Shown one piece after another: positions 52,147 to 64,000 of a stretch of 64,000 bases of DNA. Position numbers and translations under genes: made by a program. The DNA lies in NCBI RefSeq assembly GCF_018350175.1, contig NC_058368.1, positions 184,266,001-184,330,000 of the forward strand, written 5' to 3'. The notes beneath the pieces are model-generated. The model had not been told where the DNA came from and ran no database searches. It worked only from the letters and a program-made list of their open reading frames with translations. The stretch comes from Felis catus (lineage: Eukaryota). Within the stretch, counting starts at the first letter, position 1, and the number at the start of each line of letters is the position of its first letter.

Positions 52147-53844
52147 TGTGGCACTCTCCTGAGGGGAGAGGTTTTAACTTTTCAAGAAGTTGTTATGTCA
52201 TAAATGTACAGGGAAGCACAGAAAAAAGTAAGAAATGACTGCCTTTTATTCTGGTTCAAGAGAGAATAAGGATTTGAGAGTGATATATTCAAGGAAGGGT
52301 TACATGCCATGGAAAAAAGATTAGAAGATTTCATTTATCTCTGGGAGAGAAAAACACTATTTTTCAGACACAGTACCTGAATAGGTCTGCCTAAAGTATA
52401 CATAAAAGACTGCGGGATTTTTAAAATATGAATTTAGCCAGGGTCAAGCCAAGCCAAGATCAAGCAAATGTAGGAGAAGGGAATGATTATATAAATTTAA
52501 CATTAGTATTTAAGAGAATGTTGTAATCTATGCCTATTTCATTTTCTCTTACCCTTCAAATAGCAGAACATCTGTTTCATTAAAAATATGAGCTTTTCAC
52601 TCAGTTTACTAAACATCTCTAATGTAGCAAAGATATATAGATCTCTTAGTTTTTGCTTTTGTTTTATTTTTGCATAATATTTCTTTTTTTTTTTAACCAG
52701 GTCCTCAATATGATTGCTAGAGATTATCCAGCACTTGTATATGTTAGTCTGGGTATCAAAGCCACCAGAAATGGAACTCATGATATTTGGCTTCACACGA
52801 TGTATATCTATTAACTTTAATGAAAATAAAATCAGTCAAAAGTAAAAATAATTTACATTAAATAATTTTCTTAATAGTCATTTCAGGTGTAAACTTGAAA
52901 AAGTCCTGAAAGAAGTGGTGTTCACTTGAACAATGTAAACACAGCAAAATCCTCATCTATCATCAATATACCTGCCCCTCCAGCCCTCGGTCAAGCAAAA
53001 GCTGTATAGTATCAAGAGAGAGAAATCATTAGGGTGCTACTCAGGGTCATTTATAAAGTTACATCTTGTCTTCCCTACAAGAGATTTTTTTAAATAGTAA
53101 CATTTTTCCAAATGTTTTTATTTTCCTTTCTCAACTAAACAGATCATACTCCTACCCTTGCTCTACAGAGGTAAAAGAAAATCAATGAACAGAGAGTAAA
53201 TTTATTATCCACCCCTGGTAAAATTGTAGTTTGTGCATAAGTAAATCTATAGATGCATTTATTTAATATTTATTGGGAGAGGGGCATGCGAGGAGGCCAA
53301 AAGGCAGCATGACACTCTGCTATCAATCTGTTCCAAATAACCTTAGAGAAAATTAGCTCCTGAGAGGTAGAAACACCCAGTAATAAATTGGCAGCAGAAT
53401 TTATCCCTTGAGTCTGTAAATATGTAATGACATAAAACTAATTTCTATTAAGTTGGTGTCCCAGTAAAAGTAGGGGGATTTTAGTATCTTACAAATTAAA
53501 ATGTATGTATTTGTACTGCCAGAAATGGCAAGTAGTCTCATTTTAAGGTCAATGACATGTGAGAGAGTAAGAGGATAAGAGCAAATCATATGTTTTGTAG
53601 TTAAAAAAAAAAAAAAAAGAAAGGAGGGAAGGAAGGACAGGAGGGAGAAAACAAAGAAAATGGAAAAAGAGAAATCCATTTCTTAAATGGTTTGAGTCCA
53701 GTGAAAAAGGCTGATTCAAGGACAAGCGGGAGGACAAGAGGCTGAGTGGAAAGTCTGAGGTTTATTTGCAAAAGTACGCACCTAAAGCTGAGGAAGATCT
53801 GGTGGGGGTGTGGCAGGGGGAGGATATGCTTACTGCCTCTAAGT

Positions 53845-54470
53845 GGCTAAGGTCCAGGTACTATGCTGGTCTCTAGGAATATAGCAGCAACAGAAGTACC
53901 AAAGCCCCGGCCCTGAGCAATCTTAGAGTCCAGTGGGAAAATAAAGATAATAAACAAAAACTCATACAGTATTTTGCTTGGTGATAAATACTATAAAGGA
54001 AGATAAGAAAAATGAAACAGTAAGGGGATTAAAAAATAATTGAGCAAGAAGGATATTCAGAAAGGTGTCCATTGGGGCACGACATGAGCGTGAATGAAAT
54101 AAGCAAAGAAGCCATGGGTGGGGTGGAGTAAAGAAGAGTGATCTAGACACAGGGAACAGTAAATGCAAAGATCTGAGACAGGAACACCACGTGTGGAAGG
54201 TGCAGCAAAGAGCTCAGTGTGGCCATAGTAGAATGAGTCCATAGTAAATGAAAACAAAAGAGGTTGTGGGTGGAGGCGGGCTGCAGATTGTGTGAAGCTT
54301 ATGGAGAACTCTGGATTTTACTCTGAGGTGAGAAGTCATTAGAGTGTTTTGAACAGAGGAGTGACATGTTGTGACACATGCTTTAAAGGGATCAGTCTGA
54401 CTGCTGTAAGAAACTAGGCTGCAGAGTGACAAGGGTGGAGGCAGGAGAACAGTTAGGAGGCAGTTTTGTA
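53845..54470 (-). mobile_element. L2a/b fragment
   Basis: caggtactatgct ... agagtgttttgaacagaggagtgacatg ... tttaaagggatcagtctgactgctg ... ggaggcaggagaacagttaggaggc. Confidence 0.8.
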
Positions 54471-54579
54471 CATGTGTTGCTCTGTGGGATGACTGCTGCT
54501 ACAACTTGCCACATAAAGAAGAGAATTAGTTATAATTCATTTACCAAAGTGATTCCAGGCAAGTCATTGTCATGTTAAT

Positions 54580-54890
54580 TTTTTAAAGCCTTAATTTTTA
54601 AAAACCAGTTTGGGGTTTATAACAAAACTGAGAGGAAAGTACAGTGATTTCCCGTATACTCTGCCTTTACATGTGCGTAGCCTCTCCCATTATCGGCATC
54701 CCTTACCAGAGTGGGACATTTATTACAACTGATGAACCTGCATGGACACACCGTAATCTCCCAAAGTCCTCTGTCTACATTAGGCTTCATTCTTGGTGTT
54801 GTGCATTCTACAGCTTTGGACAAATGTATAATGGCATGCATCCATCATTATAGTATCACACATAGTAGTTTCACTGCCCTGAAAATCCTA
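54580..54890 (-). mobile_element. L1MC-like 3' end
   Basis: ccagagtgggacatttattacaactgatgaacct ... ttggacaaatgtataatggcatg ... tagtttcactgccctgaaaatcct. Confidence 0.8.
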
Positions 54891-55397
54891 AAATCCTTGG
54901 CAAATAATTTGCCCCCATATGTGGCTTGTCTTCTCACTCTCTTGATCACGTTAACATTTTTAGGTGTGACTTTATTGCAAAAACAACATTTAGAAAGCAC
55001 AGAAATTAAAGGTAAAAAATCATCAACAATCAAATTGCCTGGTCAAATAATTATTTTTGTCAACTTTCTAACTTTTAAATGTAAATATTTATATCTAATA
55101 CCATATTTGCAATTTTGTAAATTGAATTACAGAGTGTATATTGTTACCACCTCATTTAACATTTTACCATGTGCATTTTCCTATTTTGTGTTGTCCTTCC
55201 CTGTATTTTTCCTTTTCAAATTCCCTTCCTCTACCTCAAATAACCTACATGAACAGGTTTTTGTGCATATTTCCAGACCTTTCCTGTTGGGTACACAATT
55301 CCTTTTTTAAATAATCTAGTCTTGAAAATATTGTTCCATCTCCATAAAATATATTGTGATTCTTAATAAGCCCCACATTCTACCTGCAGGATAGTTT

Positions 55398-55515
55398 AAG
55401 TTTTTATTTAAATTCCAGTTAGTTAACATACAGTATAATATGAGTTTCAGGTAAACAATATAGTGATTCAACACTTCCATACATCACCCACTGCTCATCA
55501 CAAGTATACTCCTTA
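55398..55515 (-). mobile_element. Very short carnivore L1 3' end
   Basis: ttagttaacatacagt ... gtgattcaacacttccatacatcaccc; TSD tgcaggatagttt at 55385-55397 vs tgcatgatagttt at 55516-55528. Confidence 0.85.
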
Positions 55516-55548
55516 TGCATGATAGTTTTAATGAATTAAATTCTTGGG

Positions 55549-55573
55549 TTTTTTTTTTACATTTTTATTTATT

Positions 55574-55614
<41 letters not shown>

Positions 55615-55786
55615 CAGACTGCAAGTGGGGGAGGGGCAGAGAGAGAAGAAGACCCAGAATCTGAAGCAGGCTCCAGGCTCCAAGCTGTCAGCACAGAGCT
55701 GGATGCGTGGCTCAAACTCACAAACCGTGAGATCATGGCCTGAGCCAAAGTCAGACACTTAACCAACTGAGCCACCAAGGCGCCGC
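55549..55786 (-). mobile_element. Can-SINE with expanded (GA)n
   Basis: Reverse head ttaaccaactgagccaccaaggcgcc; poly(T) tail. Confidence 0.93.
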
Positions 55787-57645
55787 TGTTGTTTCTTTTT
55801 TAAGTGTCAAACTATTTTGTCGAAAAACAAGAGTATTTACTCATGTTAATAAACACAAACCAGTTTAACTACGGCATTTTTTTTTTTGCCTCATTTGCTG
55901 TCTAGATCAGGAACACCTATCCTCTTCTCTCAAAACCCTCCCTGCACCTCTTTTCAAAAGGGAATGGTGTGTTTCTAAATACATTTGTTATTTCAAATGT
56001 ATTCCAAGGATGTTTTTAGTGAAGCTTATTACTAGGATTGCATTTGCATTACTAAGTAATAAGTACTTACTCCAAGTACTATTCGTGCATGGCCATCTGG
56101 TTTAATGGCACATCCAAGGTTGAGACAGCTCCCCAGGGCTCCACAACTCACTGAGATCCCTGAGAGGGCATCACTAAATCACCAGACCCAGAATCTGCTA
56201 ACACACATCCTCTATCTTGTTCACTGGCTCTGAAAACAGCTTCCTCCTTCTGGAGATCATGAAAATGGATTAATGTTACAAGATTAGGGTCCAGCACATT
56301 TTATTTAGCCCACGGCTCCAATAATCAATATTTAGGGGAGAAATTTAGTGCTGTGATATTTTGAACATTTAATTTTCCTAGCTATATTCCAATTGAATCA
56401 TTTGGAGAAAGGAATATGTGCTGGTGAGAATAAGTATTTTCTTATATTTTTCCAGGAGATAATTATTAGGTGCAGTAGAAGAAGCTAATCCATTTTAGTG
56501 ATACTTAGTTAGGAAAGGTATCAATTATTTGCAAAAAGAATGATTCAGTTGAGTAAGTCCTTTTCCAAAAATGTGCTCTTCCTTTGAAATATTTTATAAC
56601 TATAATGTGCAGATTTTATATTCTTTATTGCTTTAGTGAAGACTAAACAAAAAATTACATGAAGTTCCAAATTTAAGTTTATGAATATACATATGAATAC
56701 ATATATGGATTTATATGTATTACATACACACATACATATTTTCTACTAGAAGTCTTGAGTCAACATTTCATGTTTAATATGTTTTATCCTTGATAGACAT
56801 GATTAATATTCTTCAGATACGCCTATAATCAAGTATTTGGAAAAATACACATTCAACAAAATATTTTTCATTCCATTATCCAATTACCAGATGTTTCTGT
56901 TATTTCATTTCATTTCTTCTGAAGGAAAAATCAATGCACAAATATAAAATGTCAGTCAGCCTCCTCCTGAGATCTTTTATAAAGACTTTACTTTTTTCTT
57001 CAGATACATGATTAAGAGACTGCCCTCTGTCCTTAGTATATATAATACACTAAAAGCCTTGAATTCAATCCTTTAATCATCAATGCTTAAAGGAAACAGC
57101 CCATTCTGAGTTCTCTATATAGGTTATCAGCTGTACCTTTAAAAATGACTTTCTATTTTAGCAACTGAATTTCCAAAAAGAATTATCATGAACATAAGAT
57201 CTAGCTGAGAGAAGCTCTTACCCAGTTGGATCTGAATAAATTAATTCCCTAGTCATAAAAGTCCTCAATTTCTCATCAAGTTTGACTTAAATATTTAACC
57301 AGAAACAAAGAATCAACTTACAGTCAAACCAAGTGCCTCTATGTCAATCTTCCAAAGAATTTAAGGCTGAAATCTAAACTTATCCAGCTCATTTATATCA
57401 CAAAACAACCAGGCCCTGTAAACTATGATTTTCTATACCAAAAGCTTAATAGAATTCTATACAGACAATCCAAAGTTCATCATGTCACTAGCCAGAAAGA
57501 AAATTTTGGTGTGTTAGGTGACCTTCCATAAAACCTGGTTTTTATCATAATTTTAAAGTATATTTAAGAATTATAATGTCACTTGACTCAGAAAAAAACT
57601 TCCAAACTTAGATGTCATGTTTAGGAGTTTAATTTATTTTTAATA

Positions 57646-57853
57646 TATATATTTTAAAGATTTTTTACAATCTTTGTTTATTTTTGAGAGAAGGAGTATG
57701 TGAGTGGGGGAAGTGCAGAGAGGGACAGGGACAGGGAATCTGAAGTGGGCTCCACAATGACACCACAGAGTTGGAAGTGGGTCTCAAACTCATGAACCTT
57801 GAGATCATGACCTGAGCTGAAGTTGAACACTCAACCGAGTCACTCAGGTGCCC
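57646..57853 (-). mobile_element. Can-SINE
   Basis: gagatcatgacctgagctgaag ... caggtgccc; TSD ttatttttaata at 57634-57645 and 57854-57865. Confidence 0.92.
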
Positions 57854-58558
57854 TTATTTTTAATACTTTAAAGTATAGATTTCAGTTCCTATTTTCTGTC
57901 AACTACCGTAGTCAAGAGAGTATATTCAGAAGAGAATTTTCCAAACCATAGTAAACAAACATTGCTACCATTGATAAAATTTTGGCTCAGATTAGATGAT
58001 ACTGAAGTTGCTTATTTATTATTATTCTATTGTAGGATTAGGAAACATGAGCAGAGCTTGAAGACAAAAGCTTTCCAGAGAATAAAATCCTGAATAAAAT
58101 CAGGTAGGCAACGTGAAACTGCCACTTCCCAGTACATTCTTATTGATGGAGAAATGTGTTCATTTTCAAATTTATTAAAAGTTTCCACTTTTGTCACAAG
58201 TTAAATTACTTTTCCTAAAAATATTTTTAAGGCCCATATAGAAAAACATCCTTGGTGTTTCTTACCATATGAAATTTTATTCTTAAACTGACAAACTTGG
58301 TTCTTCTACTGTTATCATTAGTTTAGATAAACACTCTCAAATGCTTTCTCTCCCTGTCAGATTGCATTTCTTAAATACATTGGATTAAATGAAGCCTGAT
58401 AAACCCTTCAGATTTTAATTTTTAAAATGTTATACCCATGAAAGAACCATTCTGAAGTGTGACCCCTAAGGAAATATTTTCATCATGATACATCCTTAGT
58501 TCCCATCAAGCTTCTGCAAAATATCAAACTATCTAATACTTTAACCATTGTAAGAAGA

Positions 58559-58838
58559 GTTTCTTTTTTTAAAAATTTATTTAAATTCAAGTTAGTTAAC
58601 ATACACTGTAGTACTGGTTTTAGGAGTAGAACCCAGTGATTCATCACTTATATATAATACCCAGTGTTCATCTGAACAAGTACCTTCCTTAATGCCCATC
58701 ACCCATTGAGCCTTTTCCCCCACCAACCTCCCCTCCAGTAATACTCTGTTGTCTGTGTTTAAGAGTCTCTTATGGTTTGTCTCTTTCTCACTTTTTATCT
58801 TATTTTTCCTTCCCTTCCTCTAAGTTCATCTCTTTTGT
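58559..58838 (-). mobile_element. Carnivore L1 3' UTR fragment
   Basis: ttagttaacatacactg ... aatgcccatcaccc; TSD ttgtaagaaga at 58548-58558 and 58839-58849. Confidence 0.88.
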
Positions 58839-59398
58839 TTGTAAGAAGATGATGCTCTTCAGCTTTCAACCTGGCTCTTCTTATTCCACTTCTGATAATT
58901 GAGTCTCAAGTAAAACCTCCTCAGCTATACAATCTAAGGTTTTTTGTACAGTCAAGCTTATTCTTCACAAGCAATGAAATTTTGGTCAAAGGTGTTAATA
59001 TGTTATTTACAGTCCTTGACATTTGCTTCTTTTAGAAATTTCATTAAGTCTTCTAACCATGTTTACAGGAAAGTTCATAAGGCTCAAATCATGGATTATG
59101 CTAATTCAGTTTGAAATTGCTCTTATATCAGGTCACATGTGTAAACTTGTGATATTTATCCTTATTTACTTTTCCTGCTGATGTAAGGAAAGGTAGGCAA
59201 GTGAGAAACAGCTACTATGTCCCTGTCAAGAACATTGTTTGGAAACTAGATAGGTTCAGAGAAGTAATACAGCATCTTTTTTTTAAAGCATTAACTATGC
59301 TTAGTTAAAGCTGAATGACCTTTATCACTTTATTTAAGCTCCTTATTATCTAATTTACTATTTTTAAGTGTCAATAATTATAGCACCTAGTTTATAAA

Positions 59399-59787
59399 TG
59401 TTATGGACTGAATTATGTTCCTCCAAATTTCATATATTGAAGCCCTAACACCCAATGTGATGGGTATTTAAAGATGGAACTTCTTGAATGGTAATTAGGT
59501 TTAGATGAGGTTATGACAGTGGGGCCCTCATTATGGTTCCAGTGCTCTTATAAGAAGGGAAACCAGGGAGCCTGCTCTCTCTGAGAGGGCACAACTGAGG
59601 AAAGACCATGTGAGACAATGGGATGGCAGCCTTCTATAAGCCAGGAAGAAAGCCATCACAAGAACCATGCTAGCTAGCATCCTGACTTCAGGATCCAACC
59701 CAGAACTCTGCAAAAGTAAATTATAAATTTCTGTTGCTTAAGCCATCCAGGCTATTGTGTTCTGTTATGGCAGCCTGAGCTAAGACA
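59399..59787 (+). mobile_element. Complete solo MLT1A-like MaLR LTR inserted in a MIR
   Basis: tgttatggactgaatt ... ataaatttctgttgcttaagcca ... gcagcctgagctaagaca (TG...CA); MIR-like flanks, e.g. aacagtgcctggcacata. Confidence 0.88.
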
Positions 59788-60239
59788 ACAAGATTGTCAT
59801 TATATAGAGAGTATACATAAAATGACTCAGTATAGAATGTTTCGAACAGTGCCTGGCACATATTAAGATCTCTATACGTTTTGACAATTACTTTTATTTG
59901 GGTCTAGACTCACAATTATGATAAAATATTAGAATATTGAGAGTACTAAAAGACTACCCAGTTCAACTGTACTTTCTTGCCACAGTTCCCAGTAACTGCT
60001 TTCCCCCAAGTGGCTTACCCTATGTTACACAATTCAATGTTAGCAGCACACCCAGCTCTCCCAACCTTTATCACATTATTTAGGAAGCAGCATTCGAGGT
60101 ACAATTTTAGAGTCATGATATTTAGAAAAGCAACAGCAACCATATTTTTACTAAGCTCATTTTATTCTTCTAATAAAATCTGTCCCATTACTTTCATTGT
60201 AATGATCACATTGGGCAAAATCCTCTCTTTCTCTCTGTG

Positions 60240-60280
60240 TACACATACATACACACATATATACACACACACTCACTCTG

Positions 60281-60323
<43 letters not shown>

Positions 60324-60342
60324 TTCTCTCCCTCCCTCCCTC
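60240..60342. repeat. Compound (CA)/(CT) microsatellite
   Basis: Seen directly. Confidence 0.92.
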
Positions 60343-61600
60343 TTGGAACAGAACTCAAAGAAGTAAAATAAAAATAAAGACATAATTATTTGGGTAATAA
60401 GACATATTTAGTCTCTAGAAACAAAATTGTTTCTTGGGGGCTACTTCCATGGGAACCTGCAAAGCACCTGCCCCAGGTACTAGTGTAAATTTTAATAGTA
60501 GTTTTTAATTGAGTCTATGGAGAATGTGTCCAAGGCAAAAATATTTTAAATAGTTCTTAATGCCTCTGGGTGTACCCAGAAATGAATCATTGCTGTTTCA
60601 AGCTAGTCACTACCTACAGCTAATGACAGACTCATTTCAGGGAATTCTTTTAGAATTTTATTTACTAAAGAGAGTTTGGTTAACTTTTGTTTTCTCAGAA
60701 ATTATGGAATATATTAAGTTGTGCATGGCTTTGAGAGATCTTTTTTCTTTATATTCCTATTTCCAGCCATCAATTACTTTATCATGACACCCCGAGAATA
60801 TTCTTCCAACTTCAGTTTCCTTCTCCTTCAATCTCAGACATGATATAAAGTAGTATTAAGGACACAGATATTTGCATTTAGGTCCACTCATTCAAACCCC
60901 AACTCTTTCACTTTAGAGCTAAATTAGTTGGGGGTGATTAATAAGCTTTTAAAGTCTGATTTGAACTTTCATTCAGCGACTTCTCATGGATTAAAAAATA
61001 CAATTCCAATTGTCCTTCCAGTTATTCATTTCCATAACATGTAACCTGCCCTTTACTATGTAATCTTACATCTGTACCAAACTAAGTATGGACATCTTTT
61101 CCATGTTTGAGTTAATTCCACTTCAGCTTTCATTCGTGTAATTTTCCCTATCTGCTATGTGAATTTTTCCCCTTCTTTTAGGTCCTCTCAGTATTAGTTC
61201 GTTTTTTATTCCTAAATTTAAAAAAATTAAAAGAATTTCTTTTTAGAGACATTTTAAACTTACAGCAAAATTAATTGCAAAGTATACCATTTTTTTTCCA
61301 TGAAAACTCCAAACCTTATGAGTTGCATAGATCTGGTTGATTTCATAGAGCCCTTACTTGTGTTATTACTCATTATGTTGCCTAATCTGTCACCACTCTG
61401 TACCACACTTAACTATAATGTACAGAGTAGTTTAAATTAGCGTTATTTCAGCAGTACTTCAGTGGTTCTGTAATGATCACAGAAAATATGGGAGGTTGGA
61501 GAAGAAATCCGTTTCCCCTGCATATCTCTCAAGGCACACAGTTTTCCAAGAAATGAATGGAAGAATGAGCTCTGCTGAGTACGTTATCCAATTTGTTTAA

Positions 61601-61968
61601 TGTGGCAGACATTACCTTTGCCCTGCTGTAACCTGTTCTCATCTCCTTCTAGCCATATGGTAAGACTATACCGTCTCACCTTGCTGAAGTTCAGTATGGC
61701 CATATCACATGCTCTGACCAACGAATGTGAACATTAATACGCCAGTTCTCTATCCTTTTCTCTTCCTCTGCCACTGCAATCATGTAAGCATTGTTGATAT
61801 GGATGTTCGATGCTACATGTGTTTAAAGAGGGCAAGTGCATGCACAGTTTCCTAGACTCAGAAGGATTTCACATGAGAAAGGCATAAACTTTGCACTTTA
61901 AGTCATTGAGATTAATGCCACAGAGTTGGTTTTTACTGCAGTATAACTTACTCTGTTCTGACTCATGT
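61601..61968 (+). mobile_element. Old MLT1 (I/J-like) LTR
   Basis: tgtggcaga ... tggccatatcacatgctctgaccaacgaatgtga ... ataaactttgcactttaagtcattgagat ... ttactgcagtataac. Confidence 0.7.
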
Positions 61969-62084
61969 AAATATGTAAATCTAGCTGAACAAATAAAAAT
62001 GAATCTATTTTACCTACTACTCGTTGCCTCTCTAAATAATGAGCTGATTGCATTTATTTTCACCTTACTTACTAATTTGTTAAG

Positions 62085-62690
62085 ATTCATTTATAGTTTA
62101 CTGTATGCATGGAACTGTACAAGCTGCTGGTGAATGAAAAAAAAATAAACTGATTAGTTATGGTCCTAATCTGATGTAACTGACATTCTTGTATAAAAGA
62201 CCACAAGAAAAAAAAAAACAGAAAACAAAAATAATGTGGGGAAGCTGTGTGGCTCAGTTTGGCAAGTGTCCGACTTTGACTCAAGTCATGATCTCCTGGT
62301 TCGTGAGTTCAAGCCCCGTGTTGGTCAGAGCGTGGAACCTGCTTTGTGCTCTGTCTCTCTCTCAAAAATGAACATTAAAAAAGAAAGAAAGAAAACAAAA
62401 TAATTCAACAAGAGCAACAGGTAGAGTGTTGTAAGAACTATAAAGGAAATAACTAGGAGTCTAACAAAAAGCAACACGGAATTTACTTTAGATAAGCTAG
62501 TCAGAAAAATCTCCTTAATGTGCTGAGATTTCATTTGAGCCCTAAAGGCTGAGGGGGAAGGAATGTCATGAGAAGTTCTGAGGGCAAAAGCACAGGTAAC
62601 CACGTGTGCAGGTATCCTAAGATAAGGGAGAACTTTGCTGTTAAGAGAAACTGAAAAATCAGTGTGGCTGTAGTCAAGTAACCAGGTTTC
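62085..62690 (-). mobile_element. L2 fragment interrupted by a SINE
   Basis: ttcatttatagtttactgtatgc ... gtcagaaaaatctcc ... tttgagccctaaagg ... cagtgtggctgtag. Confidence 0.6.
62238..62389 (+). mobile_element. Can-SINE with internal deletions
   Basis: gtggctcagtt ... gtgagttcaagcccc; TSD-like agaaaacaaaa(a)taat at 62220-62235 and 62390-62404. Confidence 0.88.
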
Positions 62691-63097
62691 CAGATAACTA
62701 CTACAATTCTAATTTTATGTTCTCTAAACCACAGTGAGATTCCCAGATTCCCAATGATATATCTCTGTGGACAGGACATTTAATCTTATCCATGGTGAAA
62801 AATTCTCTCGACTGTGACTTCATGGTTGACTGACAAAACATTTTTTGAGAAAACTCAGAAAACAAGGGAAGGACATAAAATACAAAGCTATTTACACATA
62901 AATTTATAGAAAGCCTTGACCTGAAGGAAAGAAGAGAGCAACGTTATTCCACAGAGAAAGTGGTTGAGTTGTCCTGCTTGACATTTATAGTCACAGTCAG
63001 GTGGATTTTTCCCACATGATGGTGAACTCACTCCAGTGTAAAGAAATTGAAAAAAGTGCAAGCCTAAATCATACCTGTCAGAAGAAACAGAAATTTT

Positions 63098-63296
63098 TGG
63101 TCGCTAAGTCAGTTGGGCACCCGACTTCAGCTCAAGTCATGATCTCACAGTTCGTGAGTTCAAGTCCAGTGTCAGGCTTTCCACTATCAGCCAGAGACTG
63201 CTTCAGATCCTGTCTCCCTCTCTCTTTGCCCTTTCTCAACTCATGCTCTCTCTCTCGCTCACTCTCTCAAAAATAAACATTAAAAAAATTTAAAAA
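63098..63296 (+). mobile_element. Can-SINE, 5' end damaged
   Basis: ccgacttcagctcaagtcatgatctcacagttcgtgagttcaag; CT region; A tail. Confidence 0.9.
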
Positions 63297-64000
63297 CCAC
63301 ATTGGTTAAATCCCCTTTACATATTCTCAGAAAATTCTTCCACATTGATGATTTAGGAGTAAAAATGTACAAGTTTAGCATTTTATTACAATGATACACC
63401 AGGCTGAATGTAATTAATTAACACAGTGACCTTGAAGAATGTGTGAAAATAACATGTGGCTTTTCTGATAGTAATCAAGATTACTTAAAAATCTATATAG
63501 ATGCCTTGACATTTTAGCTTTTCTTTGACTATCTTATGGCATTTAGATATGTCATAGGCATTTATATATGTTGCTCTTCATGATCTATTTTATTAATAAA
63601 AAAGAGGGATCTTGGAAAACAGTGTGGACAAAATGTGATTGGGTTTTTTTTCCTTGCATTTGCCTTTTTTCAATTCGATTTGATCTTTCTCTTTCTCATT
63701 CTTTTGTTCATGATGCACACATTCTTCTTTGACCAGCCTTCTAGATTACCATAGTAGCCAAATCACACAAAGGATGTTGAAATGATGCTCCTTAAGTTCA
63801 AAACAAATATTTATTTAACATCAAAAGCTACAAAACTGGATCATTCATTCATTTGTCCCTTTTAATATGTATTACAAGTTTAGTAATTATTTTAGGTATT
63901 GTAGATTACTCTGCCTATGTTCAATTAATATCTTAGACTATGTCTCAAATTCATATTACTGTATATACAACAGAATAAAAAATCCAAAATACTATGGATG

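Noticed and set aside
54711..55310. 199-aa ORF, the longest not encoding L1 ORF2
   Set aside because: Begins in an antisense L1MC 3' UTR with a non-ATG start; composition reflects AT-rich DNA; no recognisable domain.
55978..56003. 10-bp perfect inverted repeat aatacatttg/caaatgtatt
   Set aside because: AT-rich and short; plausible by chance in 64 kb.
1..64000. A novel multi-gene system (CRISPR, defence or biosynthetic cluster)
   Set aside because: No regularly spaced repeat-spacer array, no operon-like ORFs and no compositionally foreign segment. All long homologies are explained by known mammalian transposable elements.

Overview
AT-rich mammalian non-coding DNA, most likely from a cat-family genome. 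The basis is about 19 carnivore tRNA-Lys-derived Can-SINEs, several of the felid SINEC_Fc type, plus felid-type L1 3' ends. I found no host protein-coding exon, structural RNA gene, CpG island or prokaryotic system. The only protein-like ORFs are LINE-1 ORF2 remnants; the rest of the ORF track is chance ORFs, SINE or microsatellite translations. The window is a layered retroelement record. Old layers are L2, MIR, MaLR/ERVL LTRs, hAT and Tigger MITEs and old L1M; young layers are felid L1 and SINE copies with intact target-site duplications (TSDs). The most notable structures are one target site present three times around an adjacent SINE plus a 4-kb L1, near-identical young L1 3' ends in inverted orientation, a nested L2/MER58A/L1/SINE stack, and a 34-bp higher-order purine-pyrimidine repeat. 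I see no support for a novel biological system. Subfamily names come from recalled consensus sequences and need RepeatMasker/Dfam confirmation.
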